64,000 nucleotides of DNA, from positions 176 through 64,175 of the forward strand of contig JBDTMI010000016.1 in assembly GCA_039934355.1 (NCBI GenBank), written 5' to 3'. Made by a program: the position numbers and the translations under genes. This stretch comes from Gemmatimonadales bacterium (GTDB lineage Bacteria; Gemmatimonadota; Gemmatimonadetes; Gemmatimonadales; GWC2-71-9). The notes beneath the pieces are model-generated. The model did not search any database. It was not told the origin of the DNA and saw only the letters and a list, made by a program, of their open reading frames with translations. This document shows, piece after piece, positions 42,308-52,939 of the stretch (the first letter of the stretch is position 1; the number at the start of each line of letters is the position of its first letter).

Positions 42308-44116
42308 TCAGTCGGGCAAGGTAGCCGCGCCGGTCGAGCGCGGCAACGCTGTGAGCGCCTCGAAAAAGCGCGGTTCACAGTGGGCGCGCAGGATCTGGCG
42401 CAATGCGTCGGTGACGTCGGAGGCCCGCCGGGCTTCGAGCGCGGCGGCCGCGGCTTGTTCCGCCACCGCCATGGGCACCGAGCGGAGAATCCACTTCACC
42501 TGCGGCAGTGCGGGCGGCGCGACGCTCAGGGTCCGGTAGCCCAGGCCGAGCAGCAGCACGACTGAGAGCGGATCGGAGGCCATTTCGCCGCAGACACTCA
42601 CCCCGATGTTGGCCTGACGAGCGGCCTCGACAATGGTGCGCAGTTGGCGGATGACCGCCGGATGGTGCGGCGCAAAGCGATCGGCCAGCCGCGCGTTTCC
42701 CCGATCCACCGCGAGGGTGTACTGCACGAGGTCGTTGGTCCCCACGCTGAAGAAGGCGCTGACCGCGGCGAGTTCCTGCGCCACCAGGACCGCCGCCGGC
42801 GTCTCGATCATCACCCCGACCGGAACCGACGCCGCGGCGCGTACCCCTTCACGTGCCAGATTCCCGGCCTCCTCCTGCAGCAGTGCCCGCGATTCCGTCA
42901 CCTCCTCGACGCTCGTCACCAGCGGCAGCATCAGCTCGATCTTCCGGTCCACCGCTGCGCGCAACACCGCGCGCAACTGGGGCCGGAAGATTTCGGGATG
43001 ATCGAGGCAGACCCGGATGGAGCGCCAGCCGAGGAAGGGATTGTTCTCGGCCGGCGCACGAAACGCCGCGGGAAACTTGTCGCCGCCAAGATCATATGAG
43101 CGGATGACGACGGTGTGGTTCGGGAACGCATCCGTCACCCGGCGGAAGTAATCGGCCTGTTCGTCCTCGGTGGGGAGTGCAGCCCGGCCGGTGACCAGGA
43201 ATTCGGTGCGCAGCAGCCCGACGCCATGCGCCTCGAATTTGCTCGCCAGCGCGATCTCATCGGGCAGGTCGACATTGCCCATCAGCTCGATGGCCACGCC
43301 GTCCGGGGTGACCGCCGCCTGACCCACAGCGGATTGCAGCTCGAACTCGAGCTTCTGCCGGCGACTCAGCTGGGTCAGGGCCCGGTCGATCTCCGCCCGG
43401 GAAGGCTCCAGTAGCACGATGCCGCTCTGGCCATCGAGCAGTAATGTCGTCCCCGGCTTGATGTCCTCCAGGGCACCGACCGCGCCCATCACGGCGGGGA
43501 TCCCGAGCGAGTGGGCCAGGATCGCCGCATGGGAGGTCCGCGTCCCTTCTTCACTCAGGAGCCCGACGACATGGTCCCGGTCGAACTGAACCGTCAAGCC
43601 GGGCGAGAGTTCCCGGGCGACGATGATCACCTGATCGCCATCCGGCAGGGACCAGAGCTCCTCGTCCCCTTTGCCCAGCAGGCGCCGAAGCATGCGATTA
43701 TGAATGGCGGAGAGATCGGCGAGCCGATCGCGCAGCATCGCGTTGCCCGACCCCTGCCAGGTGTTGCGGACCTCGAGCGCCTTGAACTCGTAGGCGGTTT
43801 CGGCGCTCATCCAGCTCTCCCGGATGAGCGCCTCCACCCGACCCAGGAAGTCGACATCGCCCGCCATGAGGATCTGGGCGTCGAAGATGTGCGACTCCTC
43901 CTTGCCGGCCCGCTCCCGCACCCGCTCCCGCAATCCGGTCAGGGTGTCGACGACCGCCGCCACCGCCGAGTGCAGCTTCGCGACCTCGACCTCCACGTCG
44001 GCATCGACGATGAAGCGATTGGGCACATCGGGCACCTCGAGGCGGATGATCACCGCGGGGCCGAACGCCACCCCGGGCGACACCCCGACGCCCCGCACCA
44101 GCCGCGGACCACTCAT
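42308..44116 (-). CDS. ptsI: PTS enzyme I
   Basis: TSHAAILA phospho-His; [30 protein letters not shown]. Confidence 0.96.
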   Translation of the reverse strand: MSGPRLVRGVGVSPGVAFGPAVIIRLEVPDVPNRFIVDADVEVEVAKLHSAVAAVVDTLTGLRERVRERAGKEESHIFDAQILMAGDVDFLGRVEALIRESWMSAETAYEFKALEVRNTWQGSGNAMLRDRLADLSAIHNRMLRRLLGKGDEELWSLPDGDQVIIVARELSPGLTVQFDRDHVVGLLSEEGTRTSHAAILAHSLGIPAVMGAVGALEDIKPGTTLLLDGQSGIVLLEPSRAEIDRALTQLSRRQKLEFELQSAVGQAAVTPDGVAIELMGNVDLPDEIALASKFEAHGVGLLRTEFLVTGRAALPTEDEQADYFRRVTDAFPNHTVVIRSYDLGGDKFPAAFRAPAENNPFLGWRSIRVCLDHPEIFRPQLRAVLRAAVDRKIELMLPLVTSVEEVTESRALLQEEAGNLAREGVRAAASVPVGVMIETPAAVLVAQELAAVSAFFSVGTNDLVQYTLAVDRGNARLADRFAPHHPAVIRQLRTIVEAARQANIGVSVCGEMASDPLSVVLLLGLGYRTLSVAPPALPQVKWILRSVPMAVAEQAAAAALEARRASDVTDALRQILRAHCEPRFFEALTALPRSTGAATLPD

Positions 44117-44382
44117 TTCGGGTCGCCGAATTTCTGAGCGGCGAGGTCGCACAACGCGTCGACCGCCAGCGCCTCATCCGCGCCGGTTGCGCGGAAGGTG
44201 ATCGTGCTGCCGCACTCCGCCGAGAGCATCATGACGCCCATGATGCTTTTGCCGTTGACTGCCAGCCCGTCCTTCACGATCTCGATCTCGGACTGGTAAA
44301 GTGCCGAAAGCCTGACAATCCTGGCCGCTGGCCGGGCATGTAATCCTTCCTCGTTCAGAATGCGGACGTCGCGCTCGATCAT
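44113..44382 (-). CDS. ptsH: HPr phosphocarrier
   Basis: GLHARPA (phospho-His) and NGKSIMGVMML (regulatory Ser). Confidence 0.96.
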   Translation of the reverse strand: MIERDVRILNEEGLHARPAARIVRLSALYQSEIEIVKDGLAVNGKSIMGVMMLSAECGSTITFRATGADEALAVDALCDLAAQKFGDPK

Positions 44383-45116
44383 CCGATCCTCCAGGCCAAG
44401 GTCGCGGCAATGCCAATGGCGAGCAGTCCGAAGCGTACCGCCGTGATCCGGGGTCCCAATTGCCAGGCGAGTCCGAGTCCTGCCAGCATCGTCACCACGG
44501 CGAGCACGACGTTGCGCGACGATTCGCCGTCCAGGAGCCAGTCCGCCGCGAGCGGCAGGGCCAGCCCGACGAGCAATCCTGCGGCACGCCCCGCGCGACT
44601 CGCGGCACCGGGCAACCAGGAGTTCCCGATGGCGGTCCCGACTCGGGCCCCCGCCTTGAGGCCGGCATTGAGCGCCCAGGCGCCAGTCCACAGCCGGACA
44701 AAGTTGTAGGTGACCAGGATCGCCGCCAGCGACCACAGCCCCAGCCCGGCCACCACCGCAACGATCCCCGCGGCCATGAGCGCCGGCACCAGCCCGATCC
44801 AGTACAGTTGATCGCCCAACGCCCCCAGCGGGCTGCAGAGCGCAGCCCGCAACCGCGCGATCTGCGGGCCCGGCACGAAGTCGTATTCCGCCCGCACCAG
44901 CGCACCCAGCGCCAGTCCGGCGAGATAGGGGTGCGAATTGAAATATTCCGCCGACCGGACGGCGGCCTCGGCGTGACGCGCCGGATCGGCGGATTTCAGA
45001 TCCTCCAGCAGCGGTTCAGCCGCGTGTCCGAGACCGACCCCGGTCATCCGTTCGTAGTTCCAGGCGCCCTGCACGGTGAGCAGCCGAACGAAGGCACGGA
45101 GACGACCGCTGCTCAT
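44379..45116 (-). CDS. PTS mannose/fructose/sorbose family IID
   Basis: QGAWNYERM, YFNSHPY, PLGALGDQLYW. Confidence 0.92.
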   Translation of the reverse strand: MSSGRLRAFVRLLTVQGAWNYERMTGVGLGHAAEPLLEDLKSADPARHAEAAVRSAEYFNSHPYLAGLALGALVRAEYDFVPGPQIARLRAALCSPLGALGDQLYWIGLVPALMAAGIVAVVAGLGLWSLAAILVTYNFVRLWTGAWALNAGLKAGARVGTAIGNSWLPGAASRAGRAAGLLVGLALPLAADWLLDGESSRNVVLAVVTMLAGLGLAWQLGPRITAVRFGLLAIGIAATLAWRIG

Positions 45117-45790
45117 CGGAGCGTCGCCGCGAGCAGTCCAACCGCCACACCGGCCACCAGCCACCGGAGCCGGGATCCGCGCCCGGCGCTCCGAATAGCC
45201 CCGCCTGCCGCCGCTGCCACGCCGGCGCCGATCGCGACGGCCGACACCGGCACAAAGCGCGTGGTCAGCTCGATATGAGTCCGGAGTACCATCGCGAGCG
45301 CGAGTCCGGCGAGCGTGAGGAGCAGGCTCCGCACCAGATCCCCGAGGAGCCCCTCCCGCTGCAGGCGCGCAAAGGTGGCGGCGTCACCGGCCGCCAGTCC
45401 GGCGGCGTTTCGGGCCAGTGCCCGACCGTTCGCCCGCCGCAACCATTGCAGGCTCCACCCGCCGAGCGCGGCCCAGCCCAGCGCGAAGAGCGCAGCGATC
45501 CCGAGGCTCTGCGACCACGGCGTCCCACTCACCAGCACCACCGCCGCCACGACGCCGGGGCCAAAGTCGGGGTAGCGGGCTGCACCGACCGGTAGCACAT
45601 CCAGCGCGAACAGTTCGAGCAACACGCCAACGCGAAGTCCCGCCTCGGGATCGTTCAGCAGCAGCCCCGCACCCGCGCCCGCGATGAGGGGCCGGGAGAA
45701 GAGCCCCTGCAGCACGCTGACCAGGTCCAGGCCGGCGATCGTGCCCCATGCGGCCAGGGCAACGAGCACAACCGGTGACGGCAATGTCAT
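45113..45790 (-). CDS. PTS mannose/fructose/sorbose family IIC
   Basis: SRPLIAG...G..LELF..LPVGAARYPD; hydrophobic; lies between IIB and IID. Confidence 0.88.
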   Translation of the reverse strand: MTLPSPVVLVALAAWGTIAGLDLVSVLQGLFSRPLIAGAGAGLLLNDPEAGLRVGVLLELFALDVLPVGAARYPDFGPGVVAAVVLVSGTPWSQSLGIAALFALGWAALGGWSLQWLRRANGRALARNAAGLAAGDAATFARLQREGLLGDLVRSLLLTLAGLALAMVLRTHIELTTRFVPVSAVAIGAGVAAAAGGAIRSAGRGSRLRWLVAGVAVGLLAATLR

Positions 45791-46260
45791 CGCAGCGCCG
45801 ACAGTGGCACGGGTGGCGTGGTCGGCAGGTCCTGCGCTTCGATCTTCACGCCTTCCGCAGCGAGCGCCTCGAGAAGCTGCAGTTCCTCACCGGTGAGGTA
45901 GACGTACGGCAGTCGGGCGGTGCGCCCCGGCTTGTGATGCAGCCCGCCGAGCACGACGCGCTCGACCGGTGGTGCGGCGCGACAGAGTGCCACCATCGTG
46001 GCCACCTCGGCCGTCAGCACGATGCTCGGACGAGCATCCGCGCGCCAACCGGGCGTCCGCTCCGCCGCCTGCGCCAGCGAGCAGCACTCCAGCGCGATCT
46101 CGGTGGGGACGCCCATCCGATAGAGCTCCTGCTCCCACTCGCTCTCGGCGACCGCGTCATCGACCAGGGCGATGAACTCGATGTTCATCGGCTTGCCCCA
46201 GCCAATGACGACCTGCCCGTGGACCAGTCGGTCATCGATCCGATACGACAGCACAGGCAT
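45787..46260 (-). CDS. PTS mannose family IIB
   Basis: RIDDRLVHGQV motif. Confidence 0.95.
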   Translation of the reverse strand: MPVLSYRIDDRLVHGQVVIGWGKPMNIEFIALVDDAVAESEWEQELYRMGVPTEIALECCSLAQAAERTPGWRADARPSIVLTAEVATMVALCRAAPPVERVVLGGLHHKPGRTARLPYVYLTGEELQLLEALAAEGVKIEAQDLPTTPPVPLSALR

Positions 46261-46634
46261 CAGGGGTGCCGGATGGCCTCGGCGCCCTTGGTCGTGGCGC
46301 GAATGGCGCTCTCGGCCGGTGGCAGCGTCGGGTGGTTCACGAAATCGAGGAGCATGGGCAGATTGACCCCGGTCACCACGCGGACCTGTTCCCGGCCCCG
46401 CGCGAAGTGCATGGCGGCGAAGAAGCACGAACCACAGGGCATGTCGACGAAGAGGACGGCCGGCCCGTCCCCGGCGGCCGCGGCGATTTTCGCCTCGATC
46501 TGCTCCCGGCCACATTCCGTGTTGGACACCGCGACCAGGCCTTCCCCTGGTCCGCCGATCCGCTCGGCGGCCTCGACGAGCGCGGCCGCCAGCGAGCCAT
46601 GGGCGATGACCACGCCCCGAGCGACCTCACTCAT
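46260..46634 (-). CDS. PTS mannose family IIA
   Basis: VVIAHGSLA, FVDMPCGS, VTGVNLPML. Confidence 0.93.
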   Translation of the reverse strand: MSEVARGVVIAHGSLAAALVEAAERIGGPGEGLVAVSNTECGREQIEAKIAAAAGDGPAVLFVDMPCGSCFFAAMHFARGREQVRVVTGVNLPMLLDFVNHPTLPPAESAIRATTKGAEAIRHP

Positions 46635-47592
46635 AGTCACCCTGCAGGTATTCCCGCAGTCCCTTTTTTTCCTTCATCTTCCGGATCAGTCGTTCGTTAA
46701 ACGCGGCCGCCACATCCACCCCCGAATAGCGGAGCAGGTGCATCATCGCCACGACCTCCGACACCACGGTGATATTCTTGCCTGGATTGAGCGGCACAAT
46801 GACCCGCGGCAACACCACCTCGAGGATCGTGGTCTCGTGCTGCTGCAGTCCGGTCCGGTCCGCCTCCTGCGCCGTCGCCCAGTCTTCCAGCTGCACCACG
46901 ACCTCGATCCGCTTCTGCTGGCGCACCGAACGCACGCCAAACAGCGTCGGAATGTCGATCAGCCCGATGCCACGAATCTCCATGTGGTGCGCCGCGAGCT
47001 CGTGGCCCTGGCCCATCAGCAGCTCGTTGCCGCGCCGGGTCACCTGCACCACGTCGTCCGCCACGAGCCGATGGCCCCGTTCGACCAGGTCCAGCACGCA
47101 TTCGCTCTTGCCGATGCCGGAACGGCCGATGAACAGGAGGCCGACGCCGTACACATCCGCGAGGGAGCCGTGCAGCGTGGTCTGGGGTGCAAAGGCTTCC
47201 TCGACCACCGGCTTGATCCGGCGGTAAAACTCCGCGGTCTTGAGCCGGCTGCGCACCAGCGGTATCCCGCGCAATCGGGCAAGATCAAGGAGTTCCCGGG
47301 GCACCTCCTGCCCCTTGGTCACGAAGACGCAAGGCAGCTCGAACGCGAAGAACTTCTCCAGCCGGTCCTTGCGTTCCGAGGGATCCAGCGAATTCAGATA
47401 ACTGATCTCGGTCTCGCCCAGCACATGAAGCCGCCGGGGCATGAACCGGCTGGTGTAGCCGGCGAGCGCCAGCCCCGGCGACGCGACCTCCGGATCCGGA
47501 ATGGGCCGGTCCAGCCCGAGTTCACCCGTGAGGGGTTCGAGCTGGAGCGGATCACCCTTGCGGGCCAGGAGATCTCGAATGGTCAGCGTCAC
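46627..47592 (-). CDS. hprK: HPr(Ser) kinase/phosphatase
   Basis: LHGSLADVYGVGLL, GRSGIGKSE, GHRLVADD, MEIRGIG. Confidence 0.97.
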   Translation of the reverse strand: MTLTIRDLLARKGDPLQLEPLTGELGLDRPIPDPEVASPGLALAGYTSRFMPRRLHVLGETEISYLNSLDPSERKDRLEKFFAFELPCVFVTKGQEVPRELLDLARLRGIPLVRSRLKTAEFYRRIKPVVEEAFAPQTTLHGSLADVYGVGLLFIGRSGIGKSECVLDLVERGHRLVADDVVQVTRRGNELLMGQGHELAAHHMEIRGIGLIDIPTLFGVRSVRQQKRIEVVVQLEDWATAQEADRTGLQQHETTILEVVLPRVIVPLNPGKNITVVSEVVAMMHLLRYSGVDVAAAFNERLIRKMKEKKGLREYLQGDYE

Positions 47593-47897
47593 ACTGCGTC
47601 CTTCGCTCCCCGCTCGCGACGCAACGCCGTGTTGTCCTTGTCCATCTGGCGCCGGATCTTTTCCTCCGCCCGGTCCAGGGCGGAACGATGGTCCCGGTCT
47701 TCACCAGTCGCCACGAAGATTTGATCGCGGCCACCGTTGATCCTGATTTCCGCCGACGCCTGCGGCGCAACGTCAAAGACGACTGTGGCATCGATGGGAC
47801 TGGGCAGATGATTCGCCAGTCGCTCGAGGACGGTTTCCGCCCGGGACCGCAGTTCGTCCGAAATTTCACAGTGACGTGCCGTGATGCTCGTGTTCAT
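47589..47897 (-). CDS. hpf: Ribosome hibernation factor (short HPF/RaiA)
   Basis: MNTSITARHCEISDELR...ALDRAEEKIRRQ; directly upstream of hprK. Confidence 0.85.
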   Translation of the reverse strand: MNTSITARHCEISDELRSRAETVLERLANHLPSPIDATVVFDVAPQASAEIRINGGRDQIFVATGEDRDHRSALDRAEEKIRRQMDKDNTALRRERGAKDAV

Positions 47898-47913
47898 GCC
47901 CACCCCCCGAGGT

Positions 47914-49041
47914 TCATGAGGTCTCCACCAGGCGCTGGAGCCATCGCTCCGTCTGCGCCGCCGCACCTTCCCAGCTCAGCTGCTCCGCAAACGCGCGGGC
48001 CTGCCGACCGAGCCGCTCCACCAGTTCAACATCTCTTGCCAGCTCCAGCATCCGGTCGGCCAGGGCCGCGGCATTTCCGTGCGGGACCAGGTAGCCGGTC
48101 TCGCCATGTCGGACCGAATCCCGCAGTCCCGGACTGTCCGAGGCCAGCGACGGCGTGGCGCAGGCGGCCGCTTCGACGTTGGTGATGCCCCACCCTTCCT
48201 TGGCCGACGGGAAGATGTTCGCCCACGCCTGCCGCAGCAGCCCCAACTTCTCCGGCTCGGAGACATAGCCGAGAAAACGGACCGCCTCCTCCTGCCTCAG
48301 TTCACGGGTCAGCTGCTCCAGCCGCGACTGGTCATCCCCCCGCCCCGCGACAAGCAGCCGGATCCCGGGCCGCTGCTGCCGCGCCTGGTCCAGCGCCCGG
48401 ATCGCGAACTCCACTCCTTTGTAGCGTCGCAGCCGGCCGATGTACAGGAACGTCGGCTCGACGGCCCTGCGGTTCGCCGCGTCCGCACCCGCCGGAGCGG
48501 GAGTGAAGTGTGTGGCATCGACCCCGGGGTTGATGACCACGATGTGCTGCCGCGGCACGCCACGCTCGGCCAGATCATCCCGCGTACTCTCGCTGATCGC
48601 ATGGAACGATGCCCGGCGGTAGGCCCAGGGGATCGGTCGTTCTGCCAGCCAGACCAGCGTCGCCGATGGAAGGCTCGCCTCCCGGAAAACCGTGCTTCCG
48701 AACAGGTGCGGAATGATCACGCCCAGAGGCAGATCCGTCAGCCCCGCGATGAACAGCGGCAGCTTGTTGATATCCTCCACCACGACATCCGGCGGCTCGG
48801 CCCTGATGGCGCGCCGCACCGCGTTCCGCCCGACCAACGTGAAGCTGTTCCGATTTCCGTGCCGCTCCACCTGGATCCCATCGACCATGGCCGACGGGGC
48901 GCCGTCGGGCCAGCCGGAACAGACCAGCCGGACCCGATGCCCGCGTGCCGCCAGCCGGCCGAACAGTTCATGCAGGTGGATCTCGGCCCCACCCGCCTGG
49001 GGATTTTCCCGATCCTGCCAGTTGACCAGCAGGATGTTCAT
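47914..49041 (-). CDS. Glycosyltransferase family 4
   Basis: NPQAGGAE, GRLRRYKG, EGWGITNVEA, ETGYLVP. Confidence 0.92.
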   Translation of the reverse strand: MNILLVNWQDRENPQAGGAEIHLHELFGRLAARGHRVRLVCSGWPDGAPSAMVDGIQVERHGNRNSFTLVGRNAVRRAIRAEPPDVVVEDINKLPLFIAGLTDLPLGVIIPHLFGSTVFREASLPSATLVWLAERPIPWAYRRASFHAISESTRDDLAERGVPRQHIVVINPGVDATHFTPAPAGADAANRRAVEPTFLYIGRLRRYKGVEFAIRALDQARQQRPGIRLLVAGRGDDQSRLEQLTRELRQEEAVRFLGYVSEPEKLGLLRQAWANIFPSAKEGWGITNVEAAACATPSLASDSPGLRDSVRHGETGYLVPHGNAAALADRMLELARDVELVERLGRQARAFAEQLSWEGAAAQTERWLQRLVETS

Positions 49042-49448
49042 AGCCGTCCGACGGCGTGCGCCACTCGATCCAGTACGCCATTGATGAAGGCCGGCGCCTT
49101 GGCGCCACCAAACCAGTGGGCCAGCTGGACCGCTTCATCGATGGCGACTCTCGGCGGCACCGCACCGAGCATCAGTTCGTGGATCCCGATGCGGAGGATG
49201 TTCAGCTCCACCGCCGCAATGCGGTCCAGGCGCCAGTTGTCCGCCGCACTCGCCGCCTGACGATCAAGCTCGTCGCGGTCCCGCACCACCGCCTGCACCA
49301 GCGCCTCGGCCTGATCGTACACCGCGGGATCGGGGCCGGTCAGTCGGGCCAGCCGGCTGACGGTTTCCTGCAGGTCCGCGGTGCCGATTTCATAGGAGTA
49401 GAGGATCTGCAGCGCACGCGCACGAGCCTTGGTCTCAGTGCGCAGCAT
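49038..49448 (-). CDS. nusB: Transcription antitermination factor NusB
   Basis: ARARALQILY, NWRLDRI, ILR, VAIDEAV, FINGVLD. Confidence 0.95.
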   Translation of the reverse strand: MLRTETKARARALQILYSYEIGTADLQETVSRLARLTGPDPAVYDQAEALVQAVVRDRDELDRQAASAADNWRLDRIAAVELNILRIGIHELMLGAVPPRVAIDEAVQLAHWFGGAKAPAFINGVLDRVAHAVGRL

Positions 49449-49914
49449 GCAAACTCCGGAGCTGGGCCAGGGCATCCGCCGTGCGGATCGCCGCTTCGGT
49501 GGCCTCGTAGCCCTTGTTCCCCGCCGCGCCGCCCGCGCGGGCCAGCGACTGCTCCAACGTCTCGGTGGTCAGCACGCCGAACGCCACCGGCAACCCATGC
49601 GTCGTCGCCACGGTCGAGAGACCGCGGGCCGCTTCGCCGGCGACAAATTCAAAGTGGGCCGTCTCGCCCCGCACCACGCACCCCAGCCCGACAATCGCGA
49701 CATAGTGCCCGGTCCGGGCCGCCGCTGCCGCCGCGCCACCCAGCTCGAACGCACCCGGCAACCAGACCACATCCACCGCGTCTTCGGCGATCCCGGCGGC
49801 CCGACAGCAATCCAGCGCACCCTCCAGCAGCCGGCTGGTGACGCGCTCGTTGTACTGGCTCACGAAGATGGCCATCCGTCCGACCGCGCGAAGCCGTCCC
49901 CGGATCTCGGCCAT
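49435..49914 (-). CDS. ribH: 6,7-dimethyl-8-ribityllumazine synthase
   Basis: PGAFEL, GCVVRGETAHFE, FGVLT, GNKG. Confidence 0.96.
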   Translation of the reverse strand: MAEIRGRLRAVGRMAIFVSQYNERVTSRLLEGALDCCRAAGIAEDAVDVVWLPGAFELGGAAAAAARTGHYVAIVGLGCVVRGETAHFEFVAGEAARGLSTVATTHGLPVAFGVLTTETLEQSLARAGGAAGNKGYEATEAAIRTADALAQLRSLHAAH

Positions 49915-49917
49915 GGA

Positions 49918-51123
49918 TCAGTGATTCAGCAGGTGACCAAGCTTGTCGCGCTTGGTATCGAGATAGGCCCGGTTTTCCTGATGCGGGGCCGTCATCAGCG
50001 GCACGCGCTCGACGATCTCGAGTCCATAACCCTCGACCCCGACCAGTTTGCGCGGGTTGTTGGTCATGATCCGGATCGAGGACAGGCCGAGATCCCGGAG
50101 AATCTGCGCACCAATCCCGTAGTTGCGCAGGTCCGGCGCGAAGCCGAGTCGCTGATTGGCCTGCACCGTGTCCGCGCCGCCGTCCTGCAGGGCGTACGCC
50201 CGGATCTTGTTCAGGAGCCCGATGCCCCGGCCCTCCTGATCGAGATAGACGATGACCCCGCGGCCCTCCCGTGCCACCTGGCGCAGCGCCGCATCGAGCT
50301 GGGGGCCGCAATCGCACCGCTGCGATCCAAAAACGTCGCCCGTGAGGCATTTCGAGTGCATGCGCACCAGCACGCTCGACTCGCCGGCGACCTCCCCCAT
50401 GATCAGCGCGACATGCTGGGAGCGGTCGACATCGTTGGCGTAGGCGACGATGCGAAACTCGCCGAACTCGGTCGGCAGCCGCGCCTCCGCGGCGCGGTGC
50501 ACCAGCTGCTCGGTCCGCAGGCGGTAAGCCACCAGCTGCGCGATCGTGACGAAGGTGAGGCCATGCTGCTCGGCGAAGACTTCCAGCTCCGGCCGCCGGG
50601 CCATGCCACCGTCGGCGGTCAGGATCTCGCACATCACGCCGGCGGGGTAGAGTCCCGCGAGGCGAGCGAAGTCGACGGCGGATTCGGTATGCCCCACCCG
50701 TTGGAGCACGCCGCCGGCGCGGGCTCGAATCGGGTGGACATGTCCGGGGCGCCGCAGGTCGGTCGGGACCGTCGCCGGGTTGATGGCGACATGCACCGTC
50801 TGGGCCCGGTCCGACGCGGAAATTCCGGTCGTGACCCCGAAACGCTTGTCGGCATCGACGCTCACCGTGAAGGCCGTATTCATCGACTCGGTATTTCGGG
50901 CCTCCTGCTGCAGCAGCCCAAGTTGTTCGCACCGCTCCGAGGTGAGCGCGAGGCACACCATGCCGCGCGCGTGGGTGATCATGAAATTGACCATTTCGGG
51001 CGTCACCAGCTCCGCCGCGCAGATCAGGTCACCTTCATTTTCCCGGTCTTCGTCATCCGCGACGATGATGAACTTTCCGTTGCGAATGTCGTCGAGCGCC
51101 TGCTCGATCGAGCCAAACGTCAT
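49918..51123 (-). CDS. ribBA: Bifunctional DHBP synthase / GTP cyclohydrolase II
   Basis: DDEDRENEGD, TTGISASDR, RMHSKCLTGD, RCDCG, QEGRGIG, TNNP. Confidence 0.97.
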   Translation of the reverse strand: MTFGSIEQALDDIRNGKFIIVADDEDRENEGDLICAAELVTPEMVNFMITHARGMVCLALTSERCEQLGLLQQEARNTESMNTAFTVSVDADKRFGVTTGISASDRAQTVHVAINPATVPTDLRRPGHVHPIRARAGGVLQRVGHTESAVDFARLAGLYPAGVMCEILTADGGMARRPELEVFAEQHGLTFVTIAQLVAYRLRTEQLVHRAAEARLPTEFGEFRIVAYANDVDRSQHVALIMGEVAGESSVLVRMHSKCLTGDVFGSQRCDCGPQLDAALRQVAREGRGVIVYLDQEGRGIGLLNKIRAYALQDGGADTVQANQRLGFAPDLRNYGIGAQILRDLGLSSIRIMTNNPRKLVGVEGYGLEIVERVPLMTAPHQENRAYLDTKRDKLGHLLNH

Positions 51124-51175
51124 AGGTCGACCATTCTCCAAAATCGTGTGTCCGGCCAGCCCACCGGGGTGACGC

Positions 51176-51781
51176 TCACTCCGGCGTCGACCGGGGGCCG
51201 CTCCGGATCAGATGCGCCACATATTTCCCGATGGTATCCGCCTCGAGGTGCACGCCATCCCCGGGGGCTTTCCCGCCGAGTGTCGTGTGGCGAAAGGTAA
51301 ACGGAATCAGAGAGAGCTGGACCACCCCGGGACGCGGCAGCGCGTTGACCGTCAGACTCACCCCGTCGACCGTGATCGAGCCAAGCGGGATTGAGACCCT
51401 GGCCACCTGATCCGGGACCCGGACGTCCACCAGCCAGGCATCCCCCTGCTCCGCGATCCGCTCGACCTGCCCCACGCCATCGACATGGCCCTGGACGAGG
51501 TGGCCACCCAGTCGGTCGCCCAGCTTGAGCGCCCGCTCGAGATTGACCTTCCGGCCTTTCGTGTAGCCACCAAACATCGTCCGGTCCAGCGAGGTGGAGA
51601 TCACGTGCACCTCGAACCAGCCGGCACCGTGCCGCTCAACCGTCAGGCACGCCCCATCGACCGCGATACTCTCGCCCCGCTTCAACGCGCGGTACCCGGC
51701 CCCGATCCTGAGGGTCAGGCCCCCGGCGGCCAGTTTGGCGCTCCGAACGGTGCCGACGGCGGTCACGATCCCGGTAAACAT
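51176..51781 (-). CDS. ribE: Riboflavin synthase (alpha type)
   Basis: MFTGIV, VNLERA, GGHLVQGHVDG, DGVSLTVN. Confidence 0.96.
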   Translation of the reverse strand: MFTGIVTAVGTVRSAKLAAGGLTLRIGAGYRALKRGESIAVDGACLTVERHGAGWFEVHVISTSLDRTMFGGYTKGRKVNLERALKLGDRLGGHLVQGHVDGVGQVERIAEQGDAWLVDVRVPDQVARVSIPLGSITVDGVSLTVNALPRPGVVQLSLIPFTFRHTTLGGKAPGDGVHLEADTIGKYVAHLIRSGPRSTPE

Positions 51782-52854
51782 GCGTTCCTGTCCACGACAA
51801 GCAGAGTGTCCTGTCCCAGTGCTCGGCGCTCCACCACGCCCCAGCGCTCCGCCTCCATCAGCGTGGTGCCGGGCAGGCCGACGATGCCGGGCAGGCCGTC
51901 ATCCCCGAGCCAGACCGGCGACTGGATCCAGTAGTAGCGATCGACCAGATCGGCGCCAAGGAGTGCGCCGGCGAGCCGGCCACCGCCTTCGACGAGCAGC
52001 GACGTGATTCCCTCCTCCCAGAGTACGCGCAAACCATCCCCCAGCGAGTTGATCCGGTAGACCAGCACCCCGTGGGCCTCGAGTTCCGCAAGATGCGCGG
52101 AGGGTCCGCTCGCCTGGGTCAACAACAGGGCCGGGATCTCCCGCGCGCTCCGGACCAGTGCCAGGGTGGGCGGCAGGTGGCCGGCGCGGTCGAAGATCAC
52201 CCGCCGCGGCGTCACCCGTGGCTCGATCGTCCCGCGTACCGTCAGGGAGGAATCATCGGTCCGCGCCGTGTGCCCACCCACCCCGATCGCGTCGAAGCCG
52301 GCACGAAGCCAGTGGACGTAGTCGCGCGCGTCGTCGCCGGAAATCCACCGGGACCGGCCGTCCGCGTCGGCGATGCGCCCATCGAGCGTGGTGGCCAGCT
52401 TGAGCGCAACGTATGGCCGGTTCAGACTCTGCCAGCGGTGCAGAAAGAGGGCGTTGTCCGCCTTTGCCTCTTCCTCCCTGAGCCCGATCTCGACGGTGAT
52501 GCCGGCTGCCCCCAGCCGCTGCGCCCCACCCTGCGCCTGGGGATTCGGGTCGGCGATCGCTGCGACCACCCGGCGGACACCCGCACGAATCAGCGCGTCC
52601 GTGCAGGCAGGTTGTTTCCCCTGGTGGCTGCAAGGCTCCAGCGTGACGAGCACGGTGGCGCCGACGGCGGCCGGGCCCGCCTGCATGAGCGCAATCGTCT
52701 CGGCATGTGGTCCGCCAAATTCGGCGTGCCAGCCCTCGCCGACCACGGTCTCTCCCTGCAACACCACCGCTCCCACCAGCGGGTTGGGGGCTACGCGCCC
52801 CCAGCCCCGCCAGGCGAGGGTCAAGGCTCGGCCCATGGCATCGAAGTCGTTCAC
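51763..52854 (-). CDS. ribD: Riboflavin biosynthesis deaminase/reductase
   Basis: PNPLVGAV, HAE, LEPCSHQGKQPAC, TLDG, VEGG; GTG start at 52854. Confidence 0.96.
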   Translation of the reverse strand: MNDFDAMGRALTLAWRGWGRVAPNPLVGAVVLQGETVVGEGWHAEFGGPHAETIALMQAGPAAVGATVLVTLEPCSHQGKQPACTDALIRAGVRRVVAAIADPNPQAQGGAQRLGAAGITVEIGLREEEAKADNALFLHRWQSLNRPYVALKLATTLDGRIADADGRSRWISGDDARDYVHWLRAGFDAIGVGGHTARTDDSSLTVRGTIEPRVTPRRVIFDRAGHLPPTLALVRSAREIPALLLTQASGPSAHLAELEAHGVLVYRINSLGDGLRVLWEEGITSLLVEGGGRLAGALLGADLVDRYYWIQSPVWLGDDGLPGIVGLPGTTLMEAERWGVVERRALGQDTLLVVDRNACLPGS

Positions 52855-52939
52855 AGGACGTAATCTAGGGGGTGATCCCAGCGAACCGGCAGAGGGAGGA
52901 CTGCCGGGGATGCGGAAGGCGACGAACAGCGATGCCGGT

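Noticed and set aside
52855..52939. FMN riboswitch upstream of ribD
   Set aside because: Only 85 bp, no FMN consensus; a -10 box sits 7 nt from the start codon
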